DNA of 64,000 nt from Chitinophaga pinensis (GTDB lineage Bacteria > Bacteroidota > Bacteroidia > NS11-12g > UBA9320). Positions 20,143-30,170 of this stretch are shown here, piece by piece. Under the pieces are notes generated by a model. That model worked only from the letters and a program-made list of their open reading frames with translations. It was not told the origin of the DNA and made no database searches. The number at the start of each line of letters is the position of its first letter. The stretch's first letter is position 1. The DNA is taken from assembly GCA_945897885.1 (NCBI GenBank), contig CAMDGU010000005.1, positions 9,105 to 73,104 on the forward strand, given 5' to 3'. Made by a program: the position numbers and the translations under genes.

Positions 20143-23100
20143 CTACCTTATTACATGAACGGTTCCGTTCATTCTATATTCTTTATCTCTGAAATCGGTT
20201 AAAATAATGGAATACATGTAAACGTCAACCTGAACCGGTTTTTCTTTATAAAACCCATCCCATGAAACATTATAGTCCTTGGTTTCCCAAATTTGTTCGC
20301 CCCAGCGATTATAGAGCTTCATACTGAATGTTTTTATAGCTCCGGCACTTATTACAAATTTATCGTTTAAGCCATCATTGTTTGGCGAAAAGGCATTTGG
20401 AATATAAATAGTTGGCGAAAAATTGAAGCAAATTTCGTTTGACCAGCTAACTTGATTATTGCCTCCGTTTTCATAACTCAAAATGCGGTAACACTGATTG
20501 TATCCTTCCAATCCGTTTTTATAAAACAGATTTTCAGGCTGGGTAAAAGAATCATAAGGCTGGTAGCCTAAACCATTATCTGATATTTTTCGGTACAAAA
20601 CATATTTTGTAACCCCATTTTTAAAACCTGCATACGATGAAAACTGCATCTTAATGGCGTATGGATCTTCTGTTTTAGCTCCTGTGAGTAAAACATTGGT
20701 GTGTACATCTGTTGTTTTTTCAACCCCACATAAATCCTTCACATTAACTCTATAGTCAAATGAATTAAGGTCAGTGTTTAAAGGTTGCTCATTGTAATTG
20801 GCAAAATTATTAAGTGAAGTAATCGTATTCCATACCAAATCATTTGTGTTTCGTTTTTGTATTTCGTAACTACGTGAATTGACTTTTGAATTAACATTTT
20901 TCCATGTTATTTCCATTCTGTCATCAGGTGTTCCTACAGATACTACCAGCATTTCTATATCTAACTTATCCAATACTATTTCTTTCAAAATAGAATCTCC
21001 AACACAACCATATTCAGAGGTTTCTGTAACTTTTAACCATGCCGGTTCATTCATTGTCCAGTTTATAAAAATACTGTCTGTGCCCAATCCTGATGCTATT
21101 GTTCCGTTACTTACTACCCAATAATAGGTAGATTTATTAAATCCGTTCACAAAATAAAGTCTGTTTGCCAAATCAGGATCGCAAATGGTATTGGGGCCAT
21201 TAAGAATGGCATTGGTAGGTTTAGGATGAACAATAACCACCGAGTCAACTAATGTTCCCCAGCAGCTGTCTTTTGATAGCTCTCTTACTTCCAGTTTAAA
21301 AGTACCGGCAGTATTCCAGGCTATTTTTATTGTTTTGGTTCCTTGCCCTGAGATATTGGAAGAATTGCCGTTTACACTCCAAAAGTATTTGCTACCAACA
21401 AATCCATTTAATGTATAACTTAAGGAATCCGATAACTGACATACCTCAAAATTTCCATCAATGGTTCCTGCATTTGGCGTAGGATTTATTAAAACGTTGA
21501 TGGTTGAAGGAAGACTTGAACAACTTTTATTATTTACATTATCATAAGCAGTGCGGGTTACTGTAACATTACCTAATCCTGATTTTCCCCAATCTACAGC
21601 TACTTTACTTGTATTGCCTGGAGGAACCAAATTTCCGCCTGTTACATTCCAAATATAGTTGGTGCCATTAGCAGCAAAAACGTAGTAAGGAACATCACTT
21701 TCAAATTCACAAACCGACACTTTTCCTTTTGGGGCTTCAGAACCAAGAGTATAGGATTTTGTAACATCGTATTTAATAGGATCGCTAACACATCCAAATC
21801 GGTCGGTTTCGGTAACTGTAATGCTTCCTAATCCGGGATTTCCCCAATTAATAAATAGTTTGGAACTGCCATTCCCCGAAGCAATTGTTCCCCCGCTAAC
21901 GCTCCAATTAAAAGTAGATTTTCCTATTCCATAGGCATTGTATTCTATATTTTGAGCATTGGGGCACACAGACTGTGGCCCCATTATAACAGGCAAAGGT
22001 TTGCGTACATTTACCTTCAATATTCCGGTGTCACTATAGCAACCGCTGGCAACTGTAATAACTTTTATAGTCTGATTTCCGGGAGTGTTCCAATTTATAT
22101 TACAATCTGAGTTGGAATTTGAAATTTTATTACCGGTTTTGACAAACCAGAATGATTGGAACATACTCGTATTAATACTATAAAATTCATTTGAATTAAG
22201 ACAAACCGTATCTTTTCCTGATACAATAGGTGTGGCAGGGCTTGGTTTAATTCCAACCGAAAATTCCTTCCATTCACCCGGGCAGCCGTATTGCGAAATT
22301 TCGCGGCATCTTACTTTACCTGTTCCTGAGCCATTCCATTTCACATTAATTTGGTCAGTAACTTGGCCACTTAAAATTATTCCTTGAACAACCTCCCATT
22401 CTAAGGTTGATTTTTGAGCCAAAAAAGAAGCTTGATAAAAGGTAATCGCTTTCTGACACGGATCAATAACCCCGCTTATAGCCAATTTACTGATAAAAGG
22501 ATTAACCTGAATAGTGAAATTTACAGAATTATATTTGCCAGGGCATCCATCATCTTCAACTGTAACCGCAAAAAGATACGGTTTTGTACTGGCTTGATCG
22601 CACGATGTTTGCCAGCAAAATTCAGAAACAATGCTACCTCCTCCTGTCTTGGCAGATAAGGTTGCTTTTGGCCCTTTCCATCCATTCAGACCAGTAAAAA
22701 TATCACCTGAAGGTGTCAGTTTTAAATTATCATTATCAGCATCGGTAGAAATAACATTAAAACATAATTTACTCCCGGCTTCTATTACAAAATTTTTGCC
22801 TTTATCGCTTGATATTATGGGTTTTCGATTTGGTGCACAAGTAATAAAAATGATTTGTAAATCAAGTCTAACGGTGCTCAATATTACTCCGTTTCTGTAT
22901 TCTGCTACTTCTATTGCCACAATGTAATTCCCGGTGGTATTGGTAAAATATTCTGTCAATCCGTTGAATCTATCAATTTTTGAGTAACCTGAAGGGCCAA
23001 AAGGAAAAGTTTCACTATAGCCTGAATTGTATTGAACGTTTTTTATTGATAGTGTACTGGCAGGATCAAAACCTGTGTTTGTTGCATTTGAGCCAAACGG

Positions 23101-23733
23101 TTTTACAAAATAATAAACCAATGAATCTCCATCCGGATCAAAAGCCGTATTTAAAAAAGCGGTCGTATCATTAGCGCACATAAAAGGAGAAGGAACGCCT
23201 TTTGTAAAAACGGGTGAACTATTTTTAATATTGGTTGGCGGTATTTTACAATAGTAGGTTTGTCCTTGTACCGGGCCATTACTGCCTGTAACTATGTTAT
23301 TTTGATTATTTCGGCAACACACCTCATAGGTAAACTCATATCCAACAGTGGAAGCATCTAACTCTATTATGCCTTCATAAAAACCTTCTTCAATACAAGC
23401 ATTTAAAGTAGCAGGGCAATCGGTTTTACCTGGTGCTTTTACAATTCGTTTTGAAAGAAGTTTTATACTTACAGTGAGAAACTTCGCTTTATTATTGAAA
23501 TTATAAATCCCAATTTTTATGGTTGGTTCAAACGGAACTGTAGTGGATATTCCACCTTGACAATCGCGGTATAATAGTAAACTTACTTTGTATCTGAATT
23601 TTCCGTTAGAACTATTTTGGTTCAATTGCTGGTAACTCATGGAGCCCCCAATAAGGTGAGTGGCTTGCGCCAAAGGAACAAGACTTAATAAAAGAAATAA
23701 TATTGACCAAAATCGTTTCAAGCTTTGTATCAA
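20143..23733 (-). CDS. T9SS type B (gliding-motility C-terminal domain) surface protein with PKD/Ig-like repeats
   Basis: ATHLIGG N-terminus, repeated W.V.GG.I.SG.GT..I.I.W units, IPNAFSPNNDGLND CTD. Confidence 0.88.
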   Translation of the reverse strand: MIQSLKRFWSILFLLLSLVPLAQATHLIGGSMSYQQLNQNSSNGKFRYKVSLLLYRDCQGGISTTVPFEPTIKIGIYNFNNKAKFLTVSIKLLSKRIVKAPGKTDCPATLNACIEEGFYEGIIELDASTVGYEFTYEVCCRNNQNNIVTGSNGPVQGQTYYCKIPPTNIKNSSPVFTKGVPSPFMCANDTTAFLNTAFDPDGDSLVYYFVKPFGSNATNTGFDPASTLSIKNVQYNSGYSETFPFGPSGYSKIDRFNGLTEYFTNTTGNYIVAIEVAEYRNGVILSTVRLDLQIIFITCAPNRKPIISSDKGKNFVIEAGSKLCFNVISTDADNDNLKLTPSGDIFTGLNGWKGPKATLSAKTGGGSIVSEFCWQTSCDQASTKPYLFAVTVEDDGCPGKYNSVNFTIQVNPFISKLAISGVIDPCQKAITFYQASFLAQKSTLEWEVVQGIILSGQVTDQINVKWNGSGTGKVRCREISQYGCPGEWKEFSVGIKPSPATPIVSGKDTVCLNSNEFYSINTSMFQSFWFVKTGNKISNSNSDCNINWNTPGNQTIKVITVASGCYSDTGILKVNVRKPLPVIMGPQSVCPNAQNIEYNAYGIGKSTFNWSVSGGTIASGNGSSKLFINWGNPGLGSITVTETDRFGCVSDPIKYDVTKSYTLGSEAPKGKVSVCEFESDVPYYVFAANGTNYIWNVTGGNLVPPGNTSKVAVDWGKSGLGNVTVTRTAYDNVNNKSCSSLPSTINVLINPTPNAGTIDGNFEVCQLSDSLSYTLNGFVGSKYFWSVNGNSSNISGQGTKTIKIAWNTAGTFKLEVRELSKDSCWGTLVDSVVIVHPKPTNAILNGPNTICDPDLANRLYFVNGFNKSTYYWVVSNGTIASGLGTDSIFINWTMNEPAWLKVTETSEYGCVGDSILKEIVLDKLDIEMLVVSVGTPDDRMEITWKNVNSKVNSRSYEIQKRNTNDLVWNTITSLNNFANYNEQPLNTDLNSFDYRVNVKDLCGVEKTTDVHTNVLLTGAKTEDPYAIKMQFSSYAGFKNGVTKYVLYRKISDNGLGYQPYDSFTQPENLFYKNGLEGYNQCYRILSYENGGNNQVSWSNEICFNFSPTIYIPNAFSPNNDGLNDKFVISAGAIKTFSMKLYNRWGEQIWETKDYNVSWDGFYKEKPVQVDVYMYSIILTDFRDKEYRMNGTVHVIR

Positions 23734-23792
23734 ATTTAACGCAAATTTCGCTAAATAGGTTGCTTGTAAATGTTATTTTTTACAAAAGACTG

Positions 23793-24329
23793 TTATTTCT
23801 GTACTAAACTTAGGGCAAAAGCCAAAATATCAGAAAATGTTAAAAATTCCGGGTGACTATTTTTTGAAATAAATACCGGAAGTATTCCGGCACTTTTTGC
23901 AAATTCCATATCACTTTGGCTATCACCAATCATGATAGAATTTGTAAGTTCAATTTCAGGAAAATCATATTTAGCCTTTAATGCCATTCCTGGTTTTGGC
24001 TTTCTGCAAACACAACCTGCATCTTTTAAATGCGGACAATGGTATATCTTATCGGGATGAAGATTAGAAGGTAAAAGGTCTAAAAAATGAGTATGAATTT
24101 CCTCAATGGAATTTATCATCAACCCTTTGCCAATGCCTTGTTGATTGGTTACAACAAAAATTCGTTTAAATAAAGGTCTTAAAATTTTTAAAGCAGGAAT
24201 TACCTCCGGCAACAATTCAAATTCATTTAGTTGCTTAACGTAATCATCTACTCGCAATTTATTTATTACCCCATCGCGGTCTATAAATAAGGCTGAATTT
24301 GGCTTAATTAAAAAGGTTGGGGAATTCAT
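23793..24329 (-). CDS. gmhB: D-glycero-D-manno-heptose 1,7-bisphosphate phosphatase
   Basis: DRDGVIN, VTNQQGIGKG, CPH...CVCRKPKPGM, MIGDSQSD. Confidence 0.88.
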   Translation of the reverse strand: MNSPTFLIKPNSALFIDRDGVINKLRVDDYVKQLNEFELLPEVIPALKILRPLFKRIFVVTNQQGIGKGLMINSIEEIHTHFLDLLPSNLHPDKIYHCPHLKDAGCVCRKPKPGMALKAKYDFPEIELTNSIMIGDSQSDMEFAKSAGILPVFISKNSHPEFLTFSDILAFALSLVQK

Positions 24330-25014
24330 CGTTCGCTTTTTTATAATCTTCGGGTATCCCAATATCTATAAAATAATCATCAGTGAAATAACTCTTCATT
24401 TCTATTTCACCGGTTTTTAGTTCCATAAAATCGGTTTCAAATGAAAACTTTTCCTGTTCTGGAAAATGCTTTAAAATTTCCTTTTTCATTAAGTAAACAC
24501 CTGTATTTATCAATCCTTCTGCTAAATCCGGATTCTTCTCATTAAACTTTTTAATGGTTTCTCCCTCCGTTTCTACCGTTCCATAGCGAGCAGGATTTTT
24601 CATTGGTTTTAAAGCCATTGTAAATAAAGCCTTGTTCTTACTATGAAAGTTTAAAAAATTGGGATGGTCAATTTGCAAAAATGTGTCACCATTTAGCACC
24701 AAACAATTTTCTGTAGATACCAAATCAAATGCCTTTTTAATAGCTCCACCTGTTCCTAATGGATCAGTTTCAATACTGTAAACTATTGGAATATTTTTAA
24801 AGCTTTTTCCAAAATGAGCTTCGATAATCTCATGTTTGTAGCCCGTACTTAGTATTATTTTATTAGGATTAGATTTTGAGAGGTAATTAATCAACCATTC
24901 TAAAAAAGGAATATCGGCCACGGGTGCCATGGGTTTCGGAACATCCTTTACCACACTTTGCAACCGGGTACCAAATCCTCCGGCTAATATTATTACGTCA
25001 GGAAAATTAGCCAT
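24304..25014 (-). CDS. hddC: D-glycero-alpha-D-manno-heptose 1-phosphate guanylyltransferase-like nucleotidyltransferase
   Basis: LAGGFGTRL, PKPMAPV, LGTGGAI, NGDT, FIDIGIPEDY; operon context. Confidence 0.8.
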   Translation of the reverse strand: MANFPDVIILAGGFGTRLQSVVKDVPKPMAPVADIPFLEWLINYLSKSNPNKIILSTGYKHEIIEAHFGKSFKNIPIVYSIETDPLGTGGAIKKAFDLVSTENCLVLNGDTFLQIDHPNFLNFHSKNKALFTMALKPMKNPARYGTVETEGETIKKFNEKNPDLAEGLINTGVYLMKKEILKHFPEQEKFSFETDFMELKTGEIEMKSYFTDDYFIDIGIPEDYKKANDEFPNLFN

Positions 25015-26036
25015 TACATGGTATAAGTGTATAATCCACCAGTTGTAAATTCATAGTTTTCTACCCTGCCATTAAAGGCTTTCATGGCTTCAATGACTTT
25101 AAATCTGGTATTTCCCGGGCAATAGAAAAATATAAAACCTCCTCCTCCTGCACCTGATATTTTACCTCCGTTGGCACCTGCATTTAATGCCGCTGCATAA
25201 ATGGCTTCAATTTCAGGATTGCTAATGCCTTTGGCTATTTGTTTTTTATGTTCCCATCCAAAATGCAGTATCTCACCTATTTTATCTAAATGCCCCATCA
25301 GCAAAGCTTCCTTCATCTTGATAGATTGTTCTTTTAAGCGGTGAGTCGCTTCGGTAGCATCAACAGACTTATCCTTTATATTTTTTGATTGTTCGGCAAT
25401 TATATTGCTTGAATTGCGGCTGGTTCCGGTATAAAACAACACCAAATTATTTTGAAGTTCAGTAATGTATTTTCGCTTTATTCTTAATGGGTTTACAATC
25501 ACTTTATCATCTCTGTAAAACTCCATAAAATTAAACCCGCCAAAAGTTGCAGCGTATTGGTCTTGCTTACCACCAGCCATATTCAGCTCAATGCGTTCTA
25601 TTTCAAATGCCAGATGGGCAATATCATATTCGCCCAAAGGCAAATTAAGCCACTCGGCAAAAGCGCCAATAATAGCTACCACAAGGGTAGAACTTGAGCC
25701 TAAGCCCGAACCTGCCGGGGCATCCACATACGTAGTAAGGCGAAATGCCAATGGTTTGTGAGTATACTGTCTTACAATCCTGTTATACACGCCTTTCAGC
25801 AAATCCAGATTGCCATCGGCTTCTAAAGCCGGTGCAGATTTGTAGGTAAGTGTTTCATTTTTATCAATGGAATGCAATTCAATTACCTCATCATCCAATG
25901 GTTCGATAGTAGCATAGGCATATTTGTTTATGGTAGCATTAAGAATGGAACCTCCATAGATATCGGAATACGGGCTTACATCGGTACCACCGCCAGCCAA
26001 ACCAATACGAAGCGGAGCTTTACTTTTAATAATCAT
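25014..26036 (-). CDS. hddA: D-glycero-alpha-D-manno-heptose 7-phosphate kinase (GHMP)
   Basis: APLRIGLAGGGTD, PAGSGLGSSS, GGKQDQY, GKISGAGGGG. Confidence 0.9.
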   Translation of the reverse strand: MIIKSKAPLRIGLAGGGTDVSPYSDIYGGSILNATINKYAYATIEPLDDEVIELHSIDKNETLTYKSAPALEADGNLDLLKGVYNRIVRQYTHKPLAFRLTTYVDAPAGSGLGSSSTLVVAIIGAFAEWLNLPLGEYDIAHLAFEIERIELNMAGGKQDQYAATFGGFNFMEFYRDDKVIVNPLRIKRKYITELQNNLVLFYTGTSRNSSNIIAEQSKNIKDKSVDATEATHRLKEQSIKMKEALLMGHLDKIGEILHFGWEHKKQIAKGISNPEIEAIYAAALNAGANGGKISGAGGGGFIFFYCPGNTRFKVIEAMKAFNGRVENYEFTTGGLYTYTM

Positions 26037-26052
26037 TGTGGGTGCAAAAGTA

Positions 26053-26100
26053 ATTTAGAATTAGGAATTAGGAATTAGGAATTTTAAAAATAGAAGTTAG
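26053..26100. repeat. heptamer tandem repeat (GAATTAG)n
   Basis: gaattaggaattaggaattaggaatt; the same unit occurs at 19-50 and 13766-13790. Confidence 0.7.
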
Positions 26101-26125
26101 ATTCTAGAAATTAGTATTCTCAAAC

Positions 26126-26157
26126 AAAAAAGGTTGATATTTCTATCAACCTTTTTT
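26126..26157 (-). terminator. intrinsic terminator after tRNA-Met
   Basis: AAAAAAGGTTGATA-TTTC-TATCAACCTTTTTT. Confidence 0.85.
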
Positions 26158-26164
26158 AAGCCAG

Positions 26165-26238
26165 TAGCGGGGAGCAGGATCGAACTGCCGACCTCCGGGT
26201 TATGAATCCGACGCTCTAACCATCTGAGCTACCCCGCC
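26165..26238 (-). tRNA. tRNA-Met (CAT), probably elongator; CCA not encoded
   Basis: GGCGGGGTAGCTCAGATGGTTAGAGCGTCGGATTCATAACCCGGAGGTCGGCAGTTCGATCCTGCTCCCCGCTA cloverleaf; TAATTTTG promoter at 26254-26261. Confidence 0.93.
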
Positions 26239-26318
26239 GTTTTTAAGAGGCTGCAAAATTATAATTTTTTGTCGTATTTCAAAATGGAGAATTATAAAAG
26301 TATTAAATTGATTTAGGA

Positions 26319-27068
26319 CTAATCGTTACGTTTTTTTTTATAAGTTCTTTGAAAGAAAAAATTTATGATTAAAAGAATTAATGCAATAATTCCTGCCACA
26401 GCGGCAAAAGTTAATGCATAAATAAATAATAAAAATCCTGAAAATGATTGAATAAAAACAAATGTAAATGACAATATTAAAAGTGTCAAACATAATATTC
26501 CAAAGAATTTTGTTAAAATAGAAAGAATATTTATAGGTTTTGGCAGATAATCATTAGACAATTTTGATTCATCCGGATTTGGTTCAGGTAATGGTTTCCT
26601 CTTTCTTTTACGAGTTAAAAGTGCAACGATTATAACAATTATTAGTAATCCCAAAAACAAAAAGGGAAAATATTTATTAAGGATATTCTTATTAGATTTC
26701 TTTGTTTCATGAAACTTAAAAACTTTAGGCAAAGAACTTTTTGCTAATGGTATAGATTTTTTTATAAAAGTACAATTTGGATGATTAAAAGCGAATTTAT
26801 CTTTCGATTTTATTTGTTGATAATCCCCAGTATTTCTATCTTCCTGCGCTATCTTTTCAGTTATTTCTTCTGAAATTACAGAATCACTTTTAGCCTCGAC
26901 ACTAGCATCCTTATTATTTTTTGTAGAAAATTGAACTCTCTCTTTTGTTGGGTGTTCATCAGATTTGGCATTAAAAAAACTACGTTGCCTGGGTATATTG
27001 TTATAATGGCTGCATCCTGAAACAATAAAAATTAAAAGGACTGTTGCTACTTTTAGTTTATTTTTCAT
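26319..27068 (-). CDS. hypothetical lipoprotein/membrane protein
   Basis: VSGC lipobox and three C-terminal TM segments; very AT-rich. Confidence 0.6.
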   Translation of the reverse strand: MKNKLKVATVLLIFIVSGCSHYNNIPRQRSFFNAKSDEHPTKERVQFSTKNNKDASVEAKSDSVISEEITEKIAQEDRNTGDYQQIKSKDKFAFNHPNCTFIKKSIPLAKSSLPKVFKFHETKKSNKNILNKYFPFLFLGLLIIVIIVALLTRKRKRKPLPEPNPDESKLSNDYLPKPINILSILTKFFGILCLTLLILSFTFVFIQSFSGFLLFIYALTFAAVAGIIALILLIINFFFQRTYKKKRND

Positions 27069-27130
27069 TGAATTGAGGGTAATCAAAATTAAGTTATTTC
27101 ATGTATTACAATAAAATGATTTTGGACATA

Positions 27131-27162
27131 AAAAAAAGAGCCCTTCAATTAATGAAGAGCTC
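27131..27162 (-). terminator. intrinsic terminator after gcvP
   Basis: Minus strand GAGCTCTTCA-TTAAT-TGAAGGGCTC-TTTTTTT. Confidence 0.8.
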
Positions 27163-27190
27163 CATTTTTAAGATATTTTCTAAATAATTC

Positions 27191-30070
27191 TTAGTTCATC
27201 TCAGCATAAGCCTCAATTGGCAAGCATGCACACACCAAATTTCTGTCACCATACGTATTATCCACTCGGGATACACTTGGCCAAAATTTATTAGTTTTGA
27301 TATAGGCTAATGGATAAGCAGCTTTTTCGCGGCTGTATGGCTTGTCCCAAGTATCGCTCATTACATTGGATGCCGTATGCGGTGCATTATGTATTACGTT
27401 ATTATCTTTTGGGTACATGCCATTTTCAATTTCCTTTATCTCATTGCGTATTTCAATTAAGGCATCACAAAAGCGATCTAACTCATACTGGCTTTCACTT
27501 TCGGTGGGTTCTATCATCATAGTACCACTTACAGGGAAAGAAACGGTTGGAGCATGGTAACCATAATCCATTAAACGCTTGGCAATATCTCCTGCTTCTA
27601 CCGCTGTAGTGGCTTTAAACACACGGGTGTCAATAATCATTTCGTGAGCCGCTGTACCATTATGACCATTGTAAAGTGAATCATAATGACCATTTAAACG
27701 TGATTGTATGTAATTTGCATTTAAAATAGCAGTTTCTGTAGCTTGTTTTAAGCCATCAGGGCCCATTAATTTTATATAGGCATACGATATTAATAATATT
27801 GAGGCACTTCCCCATGGAGCAGCCGAAATTGCATTAATTGCTTTTTCACCACCGGTTTTTATAATTGGATTTCCTGGTAAATAATCTACCAAATGGGCTG
27901 CAACACCAATAGGTCCCATTCCAGGGCCACCCCCACCATGAGGGATGCAAAAGGTTTTGTGTAAATTCAGATGACACACGTCAGCACCAATCATTCCCGG
28001 GCTGGTCAGTCCAACCTGAGCGTTCATATTAGCACCGTCCATATAAACCTGACCACCATTTTCATGGATGATATTGGTAATGTCTATGATTGTTTCTTCG
28101 TATATGCCATACGTTGAAGGGTAAGTTACCATTAAGCAAGCTAGGTTGTCTTTATTCGCTTCCGCCTTGGCTTTTAAGTCAGCTAAATCAATGTAACCAT
28201 TATCGGTACATTTAACTATTAATATTTTCATACCAGCCATTACAGCACTTGCAGGATTTGTTCCGTGAGCTGATTCAGGAATTAAAGCAATATTTCTATG
28301 GCCTTCTCCCCTGTCTTTAAAATATTCACGAATAACCATCAAACCTGCATACTCGCCTTGCGAACCTGCATTGGGTTGTAAACTCATATCGGCAAAGCCT
28401 GTTATTTCAGATAAGTCATTGCTCAATTCATTTAAAATATGGGCATAGCCTTTGGCTTGGTCAACCGGGCAAAACGGGTGCAATTGGTTAAATTCAGGCC
28501 AGGTAACAGGAATCATTTCTGTGGTTGCATTTAGTTTCATGGTGCAACTTCCCAAAGAAATCATACTGTGGCATAACGACAAATCTTTTGATTCCAACAA
28601 TTTAATATAGCGCAACATCTCATGCTCTGATTGGTAGGTATTAAAAACCGGGTGCAGCATGAAATTACTTTGTCTTTCAAAATTTGAACTAAAACCAGCA
28701 GAAGCGTTTTTGGCCAAATGGGCAATATCTTCGTAGCTATTATTTGCAGCACTTGAAAATATGTCGCAAATATTTTGAAGGTCCTTTAACCTGGTGGTTT
28801 CGTCGATGGAAATACCAACATAATTATCAAAATAACGGAAGTTAATTTCGGCTTTTAACGCCTTTTCCTGAATCGTTTTTTGCATATTGATATCAGCTTC
28901 AATACAAAGCGTATCAAAATAATCGGAATTTACTTGGTTATATCCGGCTAATTTTAAGGCATGGCTTAATAAATTTGCGGATGAATTAATACGCTTGGCA
29001 ATTTTCTTTAAGCCATCAGGTCCATGGTAAACTCCATACATTCCTGCCATTACAGCTAACAAAACCTGAGCTGTACAAATATTACTGGTTGCTTTGTCGC
29101 GTTTGATATGTTGCTCGCGGGTTTGCAATGCCATACGCAACGCTCTGTTACCATCAGCATCTATTGAAACACCAATTATTCGTCCGGGAATTTGACGTTT
29201 GTATTCATCACGAGTTGCAAAAAAAGCGGCATGAGGCCCGCCGTAGCCCATGGGTACACCAAAACGTTGACTATTACCAACAACACAGTCCGCCCCAAAT
29301 TCTCCCGGAGGGGTTAATAAAGTTAGCGACATTAAATCAGCCCCAACCGCCACTAAACCACGAGCGGCATGGACTTTATCACAAAATTCTTTATAGTCGT
29401 TTACGTTTCCTTTGTTATCCGGATATTGAACATAAGCACCAAAAAAATCACTGGTAAATTCGATGGTTTTAAAATCACCAATAACCAATTCAATGCCTAT
29501 TGGCTCTGAACGGGTTTTTAACACATCCAGTGTTTGAGGGAAAACATCCTGACTAACAAAAAATTTATTGCCATTTTCTTTTGGACTTAAACCATGGAAC
29601 ATATTCATTGCTTCGGCTGCTGCAGTTCCTTCATCCAATAAAGAAGCATTGGCAAGTGGCAAACCTGTAAGGTCTATCACCATGGTTTGAAAATTTAAAA
29701 GGGCTTCTAAACGTCCCTGAGCAATTTCAGCTTGATAAGGCGTGTAGGCTGTGTACCAACCCGGATTTTCCATGATATTTCGCAAAATAACACCCGGTGT
29801 AATAGTATTGTAATACCCTGTTCCTATATAAGTTTTATAAATTTTATTTAAGGAAGCAACCGCTTTTAAATCGTTTAAAAATTGGTATTCGGATACGGCA
29901 GGTGAAATATCCAAGGCATCCTTTAGTCGTATGTTTGCCGGGACGGTTTTGTTTATTAATTCATCAATAGAAGCACAGCCAATTGTTTCTAACATTTTGG
30001 CTCTTTCGGTGTTGGTAGGGCTGTTATGCCTTGCAGTAAATTTCTCGAATCCGTAAACTGAATTTTGCAT
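27191..30070 (-). CDS. gcvP: glycine dehydrogenase (decarboxylating), P protein
   Basis: [49 protein letters not shown]. Confidence 0.97.
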   Translation of the reverse strand: MQNSVYGFEKFTARHNSPTNTERAKMLETIGCASIDELINKTVPANIRLKDALDISPAVSEYQFLNDLKAVASLNKIYKTYIGTGYYNTITPGVILRNIMENPGWYTAYTPYQAEIAQGRLEALLNFQTMVIDLTGLPLANASLLDEGTAAAEAMNMFHGLSPKENGNKFFVSQDVFPQTLDVLKTRSEPIGIELVIGDFKTIEFTSDFFGAYVQYPDNKGNVNDYKEFCDKVHAARGLVAVGADLMSLTLLTPPGEFGADCVVGNSQRFGVPMGYGGPHAAFFATRDEYKRQIPGRIIGVSIDADGNRALRMALQTREQHIKRDKATSNICTAQVLLAVMAGMYGVYHGPDGLKKIAKRINSSANLLSHALKLAGYNQVNSDYFDTLCIEADINMQKTIQEKALKAEINFRYFDNYVGISIDETTRLKDLQNICDIFSSAANNSYEDIAHLAKNASAGFSSNFERQSNFMLHPVFNTYQSEHEMLRYIKLLESKDLSLCHSMISLGSCTMKLNATTEMIPVTWPEFNQLHPFCPVDQAKGYAHILNELSNDLSEITGFADMSLQPNAGSQGEYAGLMVIREYFKDRGEGHRNIALIPESAHGTNPASAVMAGMKILIVKCTDNGYIDLADLKAKAEANKDNLACLMVTYPSTYGIYEETIIDITNIIHENGGQVYMDGANMNAQVGLTSPGMIGADVCHLNLHKTFCIPHGGGGPGMGPIGVAAHLVDYLPGNPIIKTGGEKAINAISAAPWGSASILLISYAYIKLMGPDGLKQATETAILNANYIQSRLNGHYDSLYNGHNGTAAHEMIIDTRVFKATTAVEAGDIAKRLMDYGYHAPTVSFPVSGTMMIEPTESESQYELDRFCDALIEIRNEIKEIENGMYPKDNNVIHNAPHTASNVMSDTWDKPYSREKAAYPLAYIKTNKFWPSVSRVDNTYGDRNLVCACLPIEAYAEMN

Positions 30071-30170
30071 ATTTGATTTTTTATAAAGTGCCGCGAATTT
30101 ACAATGAATTATCGGATTGATTAATCCAATAATTGGATAATTAATAAATTCATAAATGCTTTAAAAATAA

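Noticed and set aside
26165..27068. tRNA-anchored genomic island
   Set aside because: No integrase and no duplicated tRNA 3' end seen; the orphan gene lies on the 5' side of the tRNA.
30071..30170. Glycine riboswitch before gcvP
   Set aside because: A promoter-like TAAATTCG is only ~25 nt from the ATG, leaving no room, and no aptamer motif is seen.
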